From Hyphomonas sp. (GTDB taxonomy: Bacteria; Pseudomonadota; Alphaproteobacteria; Caulobacterales; Hyphomonadaceae): a stretch of 64,000 nt of DNA. The notes under the pieces were generated by a model that had not been told where the DNA came from, did not search any database, and worked only from the letters and a program-made list of their open reading frames with translations. The stretch is from positions 16,852 to 80,851 of the forward strand of contig JAWKUR010000015.1 of the NCBI GenBank assembly GCA_041398445.1, in the 5' to 3' direction. The position numbers and the translations under genes were made by a program. Shown here piece after piece: positions 18,572 through 28,405 of the stretch. The first letter of the stretch is position 1; each line of letters starts with the position of its first letter.

Positions 18572-20761
18572 CTAGAATGTCCGGCTGATGCCGATTGTGG
18601 CATTCACAGGCTCGCCGGGGAAGTAGCGCGGCGTGCCGAAGGAGACATCGACCCGGTCGGCATAGCGCTCGTCCGTCAGGTTGCGGATATTGATCCAGAC
18701 CGTGTGCGTGTCCGTCCAGGCCCAGGCCGCGCGGGCGCCGAGCAGCGTATGCCCCGGATAGCTGAACTGGTTGCCAGGGTCGGTGAAGTATTCGCCGACA
18801 TGTTCGAGGTTCAGCGACAGGCTCAGCCGGTCTGTCGCCTGCCAGTCGAGACGCGCATTGGCGAGCCATTCCGGCGCCGTGTCGATCTCGTTGCCGTCGA
18901 GGATCGTGTTTGAGGCAGAGCCCGCGATCACACGGTCAAACGTATAGGTCTGGTCCGACCAGGACACATTGCCGGAGAGAGACAGCGTGCCGGTAATGTC
19001 ATAGGCGGCGGAGACTTCGACGCCCTTGTGCTCTGTCGAGCCATTGGTGACGTTCAGGCCATCGGAGTCACGGAAGAAGAAATTCTCCTTGTCCATCCAG
19101 TAGGCGGAGACATCGAAAACCAGTCGTCCATCAAGGGTCGCGCCACGGGCACCTATTTCCACGCTGTCCAGTGTTTCCGTGTCGATCTGGCCGACCACCT
19201 GCAGGCTTTGCAGGCGGTAAAGGTCCGACACCTGCGGCGCACGGGCACCGCGCGCATAGTTGGCATAGAGATCGACACTGTTCGAAACGGACCAGACCGC
19301 GCCGAGCTTCGGCGTCAGGAACTCATAGGAATCCGAGCGGTCTGCTGGCACATTGAAGCGACCATTGATGCCGACCGGCGCCTTGGTCGTGTAGTCATAG
19401 TCATGGCTCTCGCCGCGCAGACCGGCGAGGATGCGGAATGTGTCAGACACCGACCATTCCAGTTCGGTCCACAGCGCCGCGACCGTCGTGTCGACGTCGT
19501 AGTCATAATGGACACCTTGCGGGAAACGGGAGTCGCCGGGGAAGAAGCCGAACGGGTCCGGCTGAATCTCGCGGAGATAGCCTGTTGCCACGTCCAGATC
19601 CGTTCCGACGCGCCACGCCACCCGATATGCGATAGGTTTTTCAAAGCGAGCCATCACGCCGCCGCCGGTGTGGCCGTTTTTCTCCACGCCGCCATTCGGC
19701 AGGAAGTGCTGTGAAAAGATCATCGCCTGAGAATGCGCATAGGGCATCAGCACCAGGGTGCCATCGAACAGGGGCCGTTCGAGGCGCGCACCGGCGCGGG
19801 CAGACCACGCATTGCGGTAGGCATCCGGATCAGGATTGGTCTTCGCGACATCCTCATCCTTGTAGGCATCTGCGCCGGTGATATAGCCGCCGGACTCCTG
19901 CTCCAGATTCTGGCCGGACAGCCAGACGGTCGCGTCCCACAGGCCCGGATTGAACTTGCCGACGACGGAAAGCTTCTGCTGGTTCACATCCGTATTGTCA
20001 CGCCAGCCATTATCCTTCTGCAGGGAGAGGTTCACCAGCCAGTGCTCACCCTCGTCCAATTTCATGTCCGTGCGCCAGCGGCCGAGCGTGCCATAGGAGG
20101 CGCGCACTTCGCTGCCCTCGCCCGGCTCCGGCAGGATGACATTGATCAGTCCGTGTACAGCGTTCGAGCCGTATTTCGCACTGCCCGGCCCACGCACGAC
20201 CTCAATCGCGTCGGCGATTTCATGGTGCGGCTCGATCAGGGAATTGACGTTGCCGAAAGCAGGGGAGCGGGTGGGGACACCATTTTCGAGGATCAGGAAG
20301 CTGCCCTGCCCGGCCCCGCCCGTCAGCACTGGCGAACGGATGGCGATCAGGTGTTCCTGCCCGGAATTCATCTGCACGTTCACGCCGGGCAGCTGGTTCA
20401 GGATTTCGGCGGGGTGGTCTGCGGCGGTGGCGTCGATTTCGGCGGCATCGAGCGCAGAGTAGCTTCCCGGATCGTCTTGCTTCCGGTCGCCCCAAACCAA
20501 GATCGGATCGGCACGCAGCAGATAGATGCCGACACGATCAATCACGTCTCCATTCTCCAACCTGCACAACCCAGTTTCCGGTGCCAGCTTTTTGCATGTC
20601 GGAAGTGCTGCAATTTGCTCGTCGGTGAGTTCGGACGCCCCTTCCGGCTGCGCGACAGCAACTCCGGCAGATAGGGCCATGCCGGCCACAGCAAAGAGAG
20701 TTGAGTTCCGGAATAAACGCTTCGTGTTCCCGTGAATGATACGGCCTTTACGACTCTGCAT
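18572..20761 (-). CDS. TonB-dependent receptor; start uncertain
   Basis: Plug motifs LNQLPGV, IEVVRGPGSAKYG; C-terminal NLTDERY...RTF with terminal Phe. Confidence 0.92.
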   Translation of the reverse strand: MQSRKGRIIHGNTKRLFRNSTLFAVAGMALSAGVAVAQPEGASELTDEQIAALPTCKKLAPETGLCRLENGDVIDRVGIYLLRADPILVWGDRKQDDPGSYSALDAAEIDATAADHPAEILNQLPGVNVQMNSGQEHLIAIRSPVLTGGAGQGSFLILENGVPTRSPAFGNVNSLIEPHHEIADAIEVVRGPGSAKYGSNAVHGLINVILPEPGEGSEVRASYGTLGRWRTDMKLDEGEHWLVNLSLQKDNGWRDNTDVNQQKLSVVGKFNPGLWDATVWLSGQNLEQESGGYITGADAYKDEDVAKTNPDPDAYRNAWSARAGARLERPLFDGTLVLMPYAHSQAMIFSQHFLPNGGVEKNGHTGGGVMARFEKPIAYRVAWRVGTDLDVATGYLREIQPDPFGFFPGDSRFPQGVHYDYDVDTTVAALWTELEWSVSDTFRILAGLRGESHDYDYTTKAPVGINGRFNVPADRSDSYEFLTPKLGAVWSVSNSVDLYANYARGARAPQVSDLYRLQSLQVVGQIDTETLDSVEIGARGATLDGRLVFDVSAYWMDKENFFFRDSDGLNVTNGSTEHKGVEVSAAYDITGTLSLSGNVSWSDQTYTFDRVIAGSASNTILDGNEIDTAPEWLANARLDWQATDRLSLSLNLEHVGEYFTDPGNQFSYPGHTLLGARAAWAWTDTHTVWINIRNLTDERYADRVDVSFGTPRYFPGEPVNATIGISRTF

Positions 20762-20861
20762 GAACGCTTCCTCCCAAGCGGAAGCCTTGTGTTTCGTACG
20801 TGCCGCAGCGGTACGCAAGGGCCACTCGGTCACGCCTGCGTGTCAGGCTTTTGTCAGCAGA

Positions 20862-22160
20862 TCAGCCCGCATGACCGGCAAACAGCTGGTAAGGCAACGC
20901 GCCGACGACGGCCGCCGACAGGCAGGTCGCGAACGTGCCCGCCACCAGCGTGCGCCAGGACAGGGAGAGGAAGTCATCCCGGCGGCTCGGCTCGATGATC
21001 GAGAGGCCGCCGATCAGGATGCCCATGGAGCCGAAGTTCGCAAAACCGCAAACCGCGTGGGCGGTGATCATGCGGGTGCGCGGGTCCATCGCTTCCGGCG
21101 GCACTTCAGCCAGCTGCAGGAAGGCGACAAACTCAGTCAGCACCGTCTTCACGCCCATCAGGGAGCCTGACTTAGCCGCCTCCTCCATCGGCACGCCGAC
21201 CATGTACATGAGCGGTGCAAAGATCCAGCCGAGCACGCGCTCAATCGAGAGCGGCGCACCGGCGACTTCAGGGAAGAGGCCCAGCCCGGCATTCACCAGC
21301 CAGAGCAGAGCCAGCGCCGCGATCAGCATGGTCGCAATATTGAACACGATCTGCAGGCCATCCGTCGCGCCGCGCGAGAAAGCGTCCATGGTGGAAGCGT
21401 AGTTGAAGTCCGGTTCCTTCATCCGCTCGGTCGCGGGCGTGGTTTCCGGGATCATGGTGAGCGCGACGGCAACGGCGGCAGGCGCGGCCATGATGGAGGC
21501 CGTCAGCAGCTGGGCCAGCGGGTTCGCCATCTTGCCTTCCAGGAAGGAGCCGTAAACGACAAGGACGGAGCCCGCGATGGTGGCGAAACCCGCCGTCATC
21601 ATGATCAGCAGTTCCGAACGCGTCATGCCCTTGATGTACGGACGGATGAGGACAGGCGCCTCGGTCATGCCCATGAAGACGTTGGCGGACACGGCCAGCG
21701 AGGTCGCCCCGCCAAGGCCCATGCCCCGTCGAAACACGAAGGCAAAGCCGTTGGTTACCCATTTCAGGATGCCCCAGTGCCACAGCATGGCCGACAGGGC
21801 CGCCACGACGATCACGATGGGCAGGATCTGGAAGAAGAAGAGTGGCGGGGGCGTCCCCTCCATCAATTCAGCGCCGGCGACATTGTCCCCGACATAGCCG
21901 AACACGAAGCCGGTGCCGGCACGGGTCGCCGCCTGCAGGCCATCGACGACGTCATTGGCATGGAACAGGATCGAGCGGATGAAAGGAATACCGAACAGGA
22001 TCAGCGCGAATACGAACTGCATCACGGTGGCGCCGATGACGACTTTCCAGGGGAACAGCTTGCGCTTTTCAGACCAGGCCCAGCAGATGCCATAGATCAG
22101 GGCAATGCCGAGAAGCGCGCGGGCGTTATCCCAGCCCCATTCGTAACCCATAATGTTCAT
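20862..22160 (-). CDS. Concentrative nucleoside transporter (NupC/CNT family)
   Basis: FVFG, NVFMGMTEAP, GFATIAGS, TEFVAF, CGFANFGS. Confidence 0.92.
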   Translation of the reverse strand: MNIMGYEWGWDNARALLGIALIYGICWAWSEKRKLFPWKVVIGATVMQFVFALILFGIPFIRSILFHANDVVDGLQAATRAGTGFVFGYVGDNVAGAELMEGTPPPLFFFQILPIVIVVAALSAMLWHWGILKWVTNGFAFVFRRGMGLGGATSLAVSANVFMGMTEAPVLIRPYIKGMTRSELLIMMTAGFATIAGSVLVVYGSFLEGKMANPLAQLLTASIMAAPAAVAVALTMIPETTPATERMKEPDFNYASTMDAFSRGATDGLQIVFNIATMLIAALALLWLVNAGLGLFPEVAGAPLSIERVLGWIFAPLMYMVGVPMEEAAKSGSLMGVKTVLTEFVAFLQLAEVPPEAMDPRTRMITAHAVCGFANFGSMGILIGGLSIIEPSRRDDFLSLSWRTLVAGTFATCLSAAVVGALPYQLFAGHAG

Positions 22161-22422
22161 CCCGGCCCTGTCTCCCTGCCCCGAAGATATAAGCCATATG
22201 GATTAAACGTGACATCGCCGCAGGGGAAGCGCTCATATGCGCGGCTTGTGTATTGCGCCCGCTGCAGCCTCCATAGCGGGCACAGCCCTTGTGCTGCATG
22301 CGCGGCAAATCGGCCGTTTGACGCAGCCCCCTCCGATGGATAGGTTTTCGCCTTAATATTCAGGCCATTGGCGCCGTCTCCTGAGAGACCACCCCGCCAT
22401 GTGCCGAGGAGATCAGACCCAT

Positions 22423-23961
22423 ATGAAACTGCGCGCCCTTCTCATGGCTGCCCTTATGGCCATGACCGCCCCCGCCTTTGCCGACACGGACAAGACCGAG
22501 GCCGCCAAGGAAACCGAAGCCAAACCTGTGTCCGAACCGGTCATGTTCGAAAGCCGCCATTCCGGCACGTTCGGCCGCCAGAAGGTGAACTACAAGGTCG
22601 AGGCGGGCGAGACGCAGATCAAGAATGAAGACGGCAACCCGGCGGCCAGCCTGTTCACAATCTCCTACATTCAGGAAAATGCCGGAGCGAACCGCCCGGT
22701 GACCTTCGTGTTCAATGGCGGCCCCGGCTCTGCCTCTGTCTGGCTACACCTTGGCCTGCTCGGTCCGAAGCGCGCCGTGGTGGCCAGCGATGCCGACGAA
22801 GACGATGGCGCCGCCCCCTACCGGATGGAAGACAATCCGCTCTCCATCCTCGACCTGACAGACCTTGTCTTCATTGACCCTGTCGGCACCGGCTTCAGCC
22901 AGGCCATCGGCGAAGGTGAGAACAAGGATTACTGGGGCGAGGCTGGCGACAAGGAGTCGATCTCGGAGTTCATCCGCATCTGGATCACCAAGCACAAACG
23001 CTGGAACGCCCCGAAATACCTGATTGGCGAAAGCTTCGGCACGACGCGCGCGGCCTATCTCGCCAATGAGCTGACAGTGGGCGACGTGGACATTGCCCTG
23101 AACGGCATCGTCTTCATCTCGCAGGCGCTGGACTATGAAGGCTCGACCTCCGTCCATGACAATGTCTATTCCTATGTCACCTACCTGCCCTCCATGGCAG
23201 CCACGGCGCAGTATCATGGCAAGGCTGGTATCGGCGTACCGCAGGCGCAATTCCTGGCCGAGGCGCGCGCCTTCGCCCGCGAAGAATACGGCCCGGCCCT
23301 TTGGAAAGGCGACCGTCTGAGCCCGGAGGAGCGCGCCTATATCCGCGACAAGCTCGTCTATTTCACCGGGCTCGACCCGCAATATATCGAGACCTCGAAC
23401 CTGCGCATCCTGATGCACCGCTTCCAGAAGGAGCTGCTGCGCGACAAAGGCGTGGCGCTCGGCCGCCTCGATGGGCGTTACCTCGGCGACGAGGCGGACG
23501 ACATCGCCGAAGGCCCGGAAGACGATGTCTCCTCCTATGCGGTCAGCTCGGCCTATTCGGCGCTGATGAACCAGTATCTCGCCAGCGATCTCGGTGTTGA
23601 GATGGACCGGCCCTACATGGTCTCCAGCCCGGATGCGGGCGAACAATGGAACTTCCGCGACGTGCCGGAAGGCCAGTACTGGGAGCCGCACTATGTAAAT
23701 GCCGGGCGCAAGCTGACCACCGCGATGCGCCACAATACCGGCCTGAAAGTCATGGTCGCCAGCGGATATTACGACCTGATCTGCCCCTTCTTCGACGCGG
23801 AAATCACCTTCGCCCGCTACGGCATCCCGCAGGACCAGGTGGCCATGACCTATTATCAGGGCGGCCACATGATGTACCTCAACGAAGGCGCCCTGGACGC
23901 CCTCAGCAAGGACATCCGCGCCTTCTACGCCGGTCAGCTTCAGGACCAGCGGCCGGACTAG
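22423..23961 (+). CDS. S10 family serine carboxypeptidase, secreted
   Basis: Signal peptide; FNGGPGS, IDPVGTGFS, GESFG, GYYDL, GGHMMY. Confidence 0.92.
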   Translation: MKLRALLMAALMAMTAPAFADTDKTEAAKETEAKPVSEPVMFESRHSGTFGRQKVNYKVEAGETQIKNEDGNPAASLFTISYIQENAGANRPVTFVFNGGPGSASVWLHLGLLGPKRAVVASDADEDDGAAPYRMEDNPLSILDLTDLVFIDPVGTGFSQAIGEGENKDYWGEAGDKESISEFIRIWITKHKRWNAPKYLIGESFGTTRAAYLANELTVGDVDIALNGIVFISQALDYEGSTSVHDNVYSYVTYLPSMAATAQYHGKAGIGVPQAQFLAEARAFAREEYGPALWKGDRLSPEERAYIRDKLVYFTGLDPQYIETSNLRILMHRFQKELLRDKGVALGRLDGRYLGDEADDIAEGPEDDVSSYAVSSAYSALMNQYLASDLGVEMDRPYMVSSPDAGEQWNFRDVPEGQYWEPHYVNAGRKLTTAMRHNTGLKVMVASGYYDLICPFFDAEITFARYGIPQDQVAMTYYQGGHMMYLNEGALDALSKDIRAFYAGQLQDQRPD

Positions 23962-23970
23962 GTCCCAATG

Positions 23971-23998
23971 AAAACACCCCCGTCACATGACGGGGGTG
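23971..23998. terminator. Intrinsic terminator between convergent genes
   Basis: aaaa-cacccccgtca-ca-tgacgggggtg. Confidence 0.8.
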
Positions 23999-24018
23999 CC
24001 TATCATTTACAGACCTGA

Positions 24019-24387
24019 TCAGCCCAGCTTGCAGACGCAGATCTTGTTGCCGTCGGGGTCGCGGAAGTAGGCGCCGTAGAAGGTGGGCATGCGCTGGCCG
24101 GGGGCGCCTTCATCGACCGCACCCAGCTCGATGGCCTTGTTGTAGACCTTGTCGACCGTTTCCTTGTCCGGCGCAGCGATGGCCGGCATCACGCCATTGC
24201 CACAACTGGCGGCCTTCTCGTCGTACGGGCCACCAATCGCCAGCATGGGCGCGCCCGGCCCCGTGCCATAGAAATGGAGACGTCCATTGTTGAAGACCTG
24301 TTTGGCTCCCATTTCGCCGAGAACCGCGTCATAAAAAGCGCAGGCCTTGGCCGTGTCATTCGAGCCGAGCGTGACATAAGCGAGCAT
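24019..24387 (-). CDS. VOC/glyoxalase family protein
   Basis: YVTLGSND...FYDAVL, GNG, DEGAPG.R, YFRDPDGNK; GAGGA RBS. Confidence 0.9.
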   Translation of the reverse strand: MLAYVTLGSNDTAKACAFYDAVLGEMGAKQVFNNGRLHFYGTGPGAPMLAIGGPYDEKAASCGNGVMPAIAAPDKETVDKVYNKAIELGAVDEGAPGQRMPTFYGAYFRDPDGNKICVCKLG

Positions 24388-24526
24388 GTTGTTTCCTCCT
24401 CTGGTGCATTCCAGAAAGGAACGGATACACGCCGCGACAACACGCGCAAGGGCTGACGCAGGGGATGTGCTTGACGTTGACGTGAGCGTCTGGTCTGAAA
24501 CCCCCAAACTTTTCAGGAGAAAGCCC

Positions 24527-25450
24527 ATGTCTGACATCCGTTTTGACGGTCGTGTTGCCATTGTTACAGGTGCTGGTGGTGGTCTTGGCCGCTGCCACGC
24601 CCTCGAACTCGCCCGTCGCGGCGCAAAAGTCGTGATCAACGACCTTGGCGCATCCATGGACGGCTCGGGCGGCAGCTCTGAAGCAGCCGAAGCCGTGGTC
24701 AAGGAAATCGAGGCCATGGGCGGCGAAGCCATCTCCAACGGATCGTCCGTCGCTGACGAGGCCGGCGTGAAGAAAATGATCGACGACACCATGGAAAAAT
24801 GGGGCCGTATCGACATCATCATCGCCAATGCCGGCATCTTGCGCGACAAGTCGTTCTCGAAAATGACGACCCAGGACATCGACCTGGTCCTCGCCGTTCA
24901 CCTGCGCGGCACGTTCCTGCCGGTCCACGCCGCATGGGACATTATGAAGGCGCAGAACTACGGCCGTATCGTCGTGACCACCTCCTCCACCGGTCTCTAT
25001 GGCAACTTTGGCCAGGCCAACTATGGCGCAGGCAAGCTGGGCGTGGTCGGTATGATGAACACGCTGAAAATCGAAGGCGCGAAAAACGACATCAAAATCA
25101 ACGCCGTCTGCCCGGTTGCTGCAACCCGTATGACCGAAGGCCTGATGCCGCCGGAAGCGCTTGAGCAGCTGAAACCGGAATACGTCACGCCGGGCGTGAT
25201 GAACCTCGTGAAAGACGACGCCCCGACCGGCATGATCCTGTCGGCTGGCGCTGGCGCCTTCTCGATGGCCCGCATCGTCGAAACCCGCGGCGCCTATGTT
25301 GGCCAGGGCGAAGAACTCACCGCCGAAGCCGTTGCCGCCAAGTGGGACGAGATCACCGACACCAGCAAGACGCTGCCGGCCTTCACCTCCGGCGGCCAGC
25401 ACGGCGCGAACATGTTCTCGCTCGTCGCTGAAGGCAAAAGCAAGGGCTGA
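24527..25450 (+). CDS. SDR, 3-hydroxyacyl-CoA dehydrogenase (MFE-2-like)
   Basis: TGAGGGLG, INDLG, NAGILRD, YGNFGQANYGAGK. Confidence 0.92.
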   Translation: MSDIRFDGRVAIVTGAGGGLGRCHALELARRGAKVVINDLGASMDGSGGSSEAAEAVVKEIEAMGGEAISNGSSVADEAGVKKMIDDTMEKWGRIDIIIANAGILRDKSFSKMTTQDIDLVLAVHLRGTFLPVHAAWDIMKAQNYGRIVVTTSSTGLYGNFGQANYGAGKLGVVGMMNTLKIEGAKNDIKINAVCPVAATRMTEGLMPPEALEQLKPEYVTPGVMNLVKDDAPTGMILSAGAGAFSMARIVETRGAYVGQGEELTAEAVAAKWDEITDTSKTLPAFTSGGQHGANMFSLVAEGKSKG

Positions 25451-25529
25451 AACAAGGGCTGATGCCCGGCCTCAGGCTTGCCAAATATGACGGCGAGGCG
25501 CAGGTTGTTCTCCTGAAAGGAGAACTTCC

Positions 25530-25931
25530 ATGCGCCTCGCCGTTCTTTTGTTTTTCCCAATATTTCTAACCGGTTGCGCCTGGTTTCTCGAACCCGGGGC
25601 CGTGCCGGATTCGACAGGCCCCGAAGGTACGCTCGCCCCGGTAGAAGCAGAGCCTGCGCCAACCGGCCCACCGCTCGCCGCGGAAGGCGCCATGTGCAGT
25701 GGCATTGCAGCCATTCAGTGTGAAGACGGTCTCACCTGCATCTATGATGACGGTGTCTGCCACTCCATTGCGGACGCCGCAGGCACCTGCAAGAAGGCTG
25801 GCCCGTTCTGCACGAAGGAATACCGCCCGGTATGCGGCTGTGACGGGAAAACATATGGCAATCGCTGCGAGGCCTACGCCGCCGGTGTCAGCGTCGCCAT
25901 CCCCGGAGAATGCGACGTGCAGGGCAGCTGA
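25530..25931 (+). CDS. Kazal-type protease inhibitor domain lipoprotein
   Basis: LTGC lipobox; CTKEYRPVCGCDGKTYGNRC...GEC. Confidence 0.88.
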   Translation: MRLAVLLFFPIFLTGCAWFLEPGAVPDSTGPEGTLAPVEAEPAPTGPPLAAEGAMCSGIAAIQCEDGLTCIYDDGVCHSIADAAGTCKKAGPFCTKEYRPVCGCDGKTYGNRCEAYAAGVSVAIPGECDVQGS

Positions 25932-25959
25932 GTCACAGACATCCGTTTCCTGAATGAAG

Positions 25960-25995
25960 AATGGCCCGTAACTCTCTGGATACGGGCCATTTTTC
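25960..25995. terminator. Intrinsic terminator between convergent genes
   Basis: aatggcccgta-N10-tacgggccattttt. Confidence 0.8.
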
Positions 25996-26012
25996 AGAGA
26001 TCCGCCTACAGG

Positions 26013-26615
26013 TTACTCAGCGTTCTGCATGGCCTTCAGGTACATGGAGTTCTTCGGCCTGGAGAAGACCCGCTCCACCATCGGCTCAAAGAATTCCAAA
26101 GGCTCGCTTTCATAGTCCGGATCGAAGGCGGCCTGGTCGTATTTATGACAGAACTCGGCACAGCGCTGATAGTGCGGGCTGTCCTTGAACTGCTCGCGCA
26201 TGTTCTTGTCGAGGCCAAGATACTCAAAGAAGTAATAGCCCTGGAACGCCCCATGATTGGCGACCATCCAGAGGTTTTCCTCGGAAACGAAGGGCTTGAG
26301 GATCGCCGCGGCGACGTCCGGGTGGTTCATGCTGCCCAGCGTATCGCCAATATCGTGCAGCAAGGCGCAGACGACATATTCCTCATCCCGCCCGTCCCGA
26401 TGGGCGCGTGTTGCGGTCTGCAGGGAATGTTGCAGGCGGTCGATCGGAAAGCCGCCGAAATCGCCGTCCAGCAGGCGTAGATGATCCAGGACGCGCTTGG
26501 CGAGCCCCTTGTTGAAGATGCGGGAATTCTCCTTGATGATGTCCCAGTCTTCCTGCGTACCTTCAAGCATCTCGCGAAATTTCGCGCGCTCGCCTCCTGC
26601 GTGTCCGTCAGCCAT
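26013..26615 (-). CDS. HD-domain metal-dependent phosphohydrolase/oxygenase
   Basis: HSLQTA, LLHDIG, NH, WMVANHG, YDQ. Confidence 0.88.
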   Translation of the reverse strand: MADGHAGGERAKFREMLEGTQEDWDIIKENSRIFNKGLAKRVLDHLRLLDGDFGGFPIDRLQHSLQTATRAHRDGRDEEYVVCALLHDIGDTLGSMNHPDVAAAILKPFVSEENLWMVANHGAFQGYYFFEYLGLDKNMREQFKDSPHYQRCAEFCHKYDQAAFDPDYESEPLEFFEPMVERVFSRPKNSMYLKAMQNAE

Positions 26616-26696
26616 GTCTCGTTTCCTCCTGTCTTGTTTTATCAGGCGGCAGGATCGCCCCGCCGCCTGTTGTTCTTGTTCTCTGTCCTGCCCCGA

Positions 26697-28277
26697 TCAG
26701 ATCGGCGGAACAGCCGTCGGCGGCACGTCCTGATCTTCCTCGTGCACCTCAATCAGGCCGCGGCCGACATGGCTGCGCTTGCGGCTATAGAAGAAGTAGA
26801 TGAGCAGGCCGATTGCCCCCCATACAGGCAGCACCATCTTCGCGACGAAAGGCAGGTTCAGGTACAGAGCGAGACAGCCAACCGCCGCGATCGGCGCAAT
26901 GACCCAAACCAAAGGCGTGCGGAACGGCCGGAAGCGGCCCGGATCCGTCCGGCGCAGCATCATCACTGCAATGGCCACCATGAAGAAAGCGAAGAGCGTG
27001 CCGGAGTTCGAGATATCCGCCAGCTGCCCCACCGGGAAGAAAGCCGCCGCGATGGCAACGCAGATACCGGTAAAGATGGTCATCTTCCACGGCGTTTTGA
27101 ATTTCGGGTGCACATCGGCGAGCTTTTCCGGCAGCAGGCCATCACGCGCCATGACGAAGAAGATCCGCGTCTGGCCATAGATCATCATCAGGATCACGGA
27201 AGGCAGCGCAATGGAGGCCGCAAGCCCTACAAGGTTGCCGATAACCGGGAAGCCGATGATGCGAAGAGTTTCAGCCAGCGCCTCATTGGAACAGACGATC
27301 GGCGCCTGATCCAGCGCCGCAAGTTCAGCACATCGCTGGGCAAAGCCCACCCCATCCGGCGGCAGGACCGCGCCGGCTGCATCGCGCAGGGGCTGGGCCC
27401 CGACAGTGCCGACCACGCCAGCAGCAACGAGAAAATAGAACACCGTACAGATTGCCAGAGACCCCAGCAGGCCGATGGGCACGTTGCGTTGCGGGTTCTT
27501 GGTTTCCTCCGCCGCTGTCGAAACCGCATCGAAGCCAACATAGGCGAAGAAGATTGTCGCCGCCGCGCCGACCACACCCAATCCGTCATGTCCAAGCAGG
27601 CCCGTCGGCATGAGGGGCGTGAAATTCTCCCCTTTCAGGATAGGCAGGCTCAGCACGATGAAAGCCGTCAGGGCGACGACCTTGATCGCCACAAGCACAG
27701 CATTCACTGAAGCGCTTTCACTGGTGCCAATCACGAGCAGCCAGGTCACCACCGCCGCAACGATAATCGCTGGCAGGTTCACCACGCCGTGGCTGAAATC
27801 GACTGATGGAATACCGCCTGCGAAGCCCCAGGCCGGGCCACTACTGAGCGCGCCGGGTAATGTAAATCCGGTCAAGTTCTCGACGAGGCCCATGACATAA
27901 CCCGACCAGCCCACACAGACCGCAGAGGCGGCAACGGCATATTCCAGGATCAGTGCCCAACCCACCATCCAGGCCAGCAACTCCCCCATCACCGCGTATG
28001 TATATGTGTAGGCAGACCCCGATACCGGCACCATGGACGCAAGCTCTGAATAACAGAGCGCCGCCACCGCGCAGACAAAACCGGCAATCACAAAGGAGAA
28101 CATCATCCCCGGTCCGGCCTTCTGGGCCGCTGCAGCGGTGAGAACGAAAATACCCGTGCCGATAACGGCGCCGATGCCAAGCATGGTCAACTGAAAGGCA
28201 CCCAGGGACCGGTGCAGGGACTTCTTCTCCGCCGTCGCCAGAATAGCGTCGAGCGGCTTGATGCGGTCGAAAATCAT
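26697..28277 (-). CDS. APC-family amino acid permease
   Basis: GIGAVIGTGIF, GSAYTY, FFAYVGFD, AEETKNP. Confidence 0.93.
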   Translation of the reverse strand: MIFDRIKPLDAILATAEKKSLHRSLGAFQLTMLGIGAVIGTGIFVLTAAAAQKAGPGMMFSFVIAGFVCAVAALCYSELASMVPVSGSAYTYTYAVMGELLAWMVGWALILEYAVAASAVCVGWSGYVMGLVENLTGFTLPGALSSGPAWGFAGGIPSVDFSHGVVNLPAIIVAAVVTWLLVIGTSESASVNAVLVAIKVVALTAFIVLSLPILKGENFTPLMPTGLLGHDGLGVVGAAATIFFAYVGFDAVSTAAEETKNPQRNVPIGLLGSLAICTVFYFLVAAGVVGTVGAQPLRDAAGAVLPPDGVGFAQRCAELAALDQAPIVCSNEALAETLRIIGFPVIGNLVGLAASIALPSVILMMIYGQTRIFFVMARDGLLPEKLADVHPKFKTPWKMTIFTGICVAIAAAFFPVGQLADISNSGTLFAFFMVAIAVMMLRRTDPGRFRPFRTPLVWVIAPIAAVGCLALYLNLPFVAKMVLPVWGAIGLLIYFFYSRKRSHVGRGLIEVHEEDQDVPPTAVPPI

Positions 28278-28405
28278 GGGGAATGGCTCCGATATGGACG
28301 TCAGAGCCTATCCTTAATTACGGAGTGTACAAGACACTTCCCAAAGGAAGGCGCCTTCCCGTCTACAGGAAGGCGCCCACCTGGGCAGGATACGGAAGGC
28401 CGGGA

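Noticed and set aside
25441-25462. Direct repeat caagggctga x2 at the SDR stop codon as a target-site duplication
   Set aside because: Copies are only 2 nt apart with no intervening element; most likely a local slippage duplication.
26013-26615. HD-domain gene as an RNA end-healing partner of rtcB
   Set aside because: Separated from the module by an amino acid permease; no sequence evidence of linkage.
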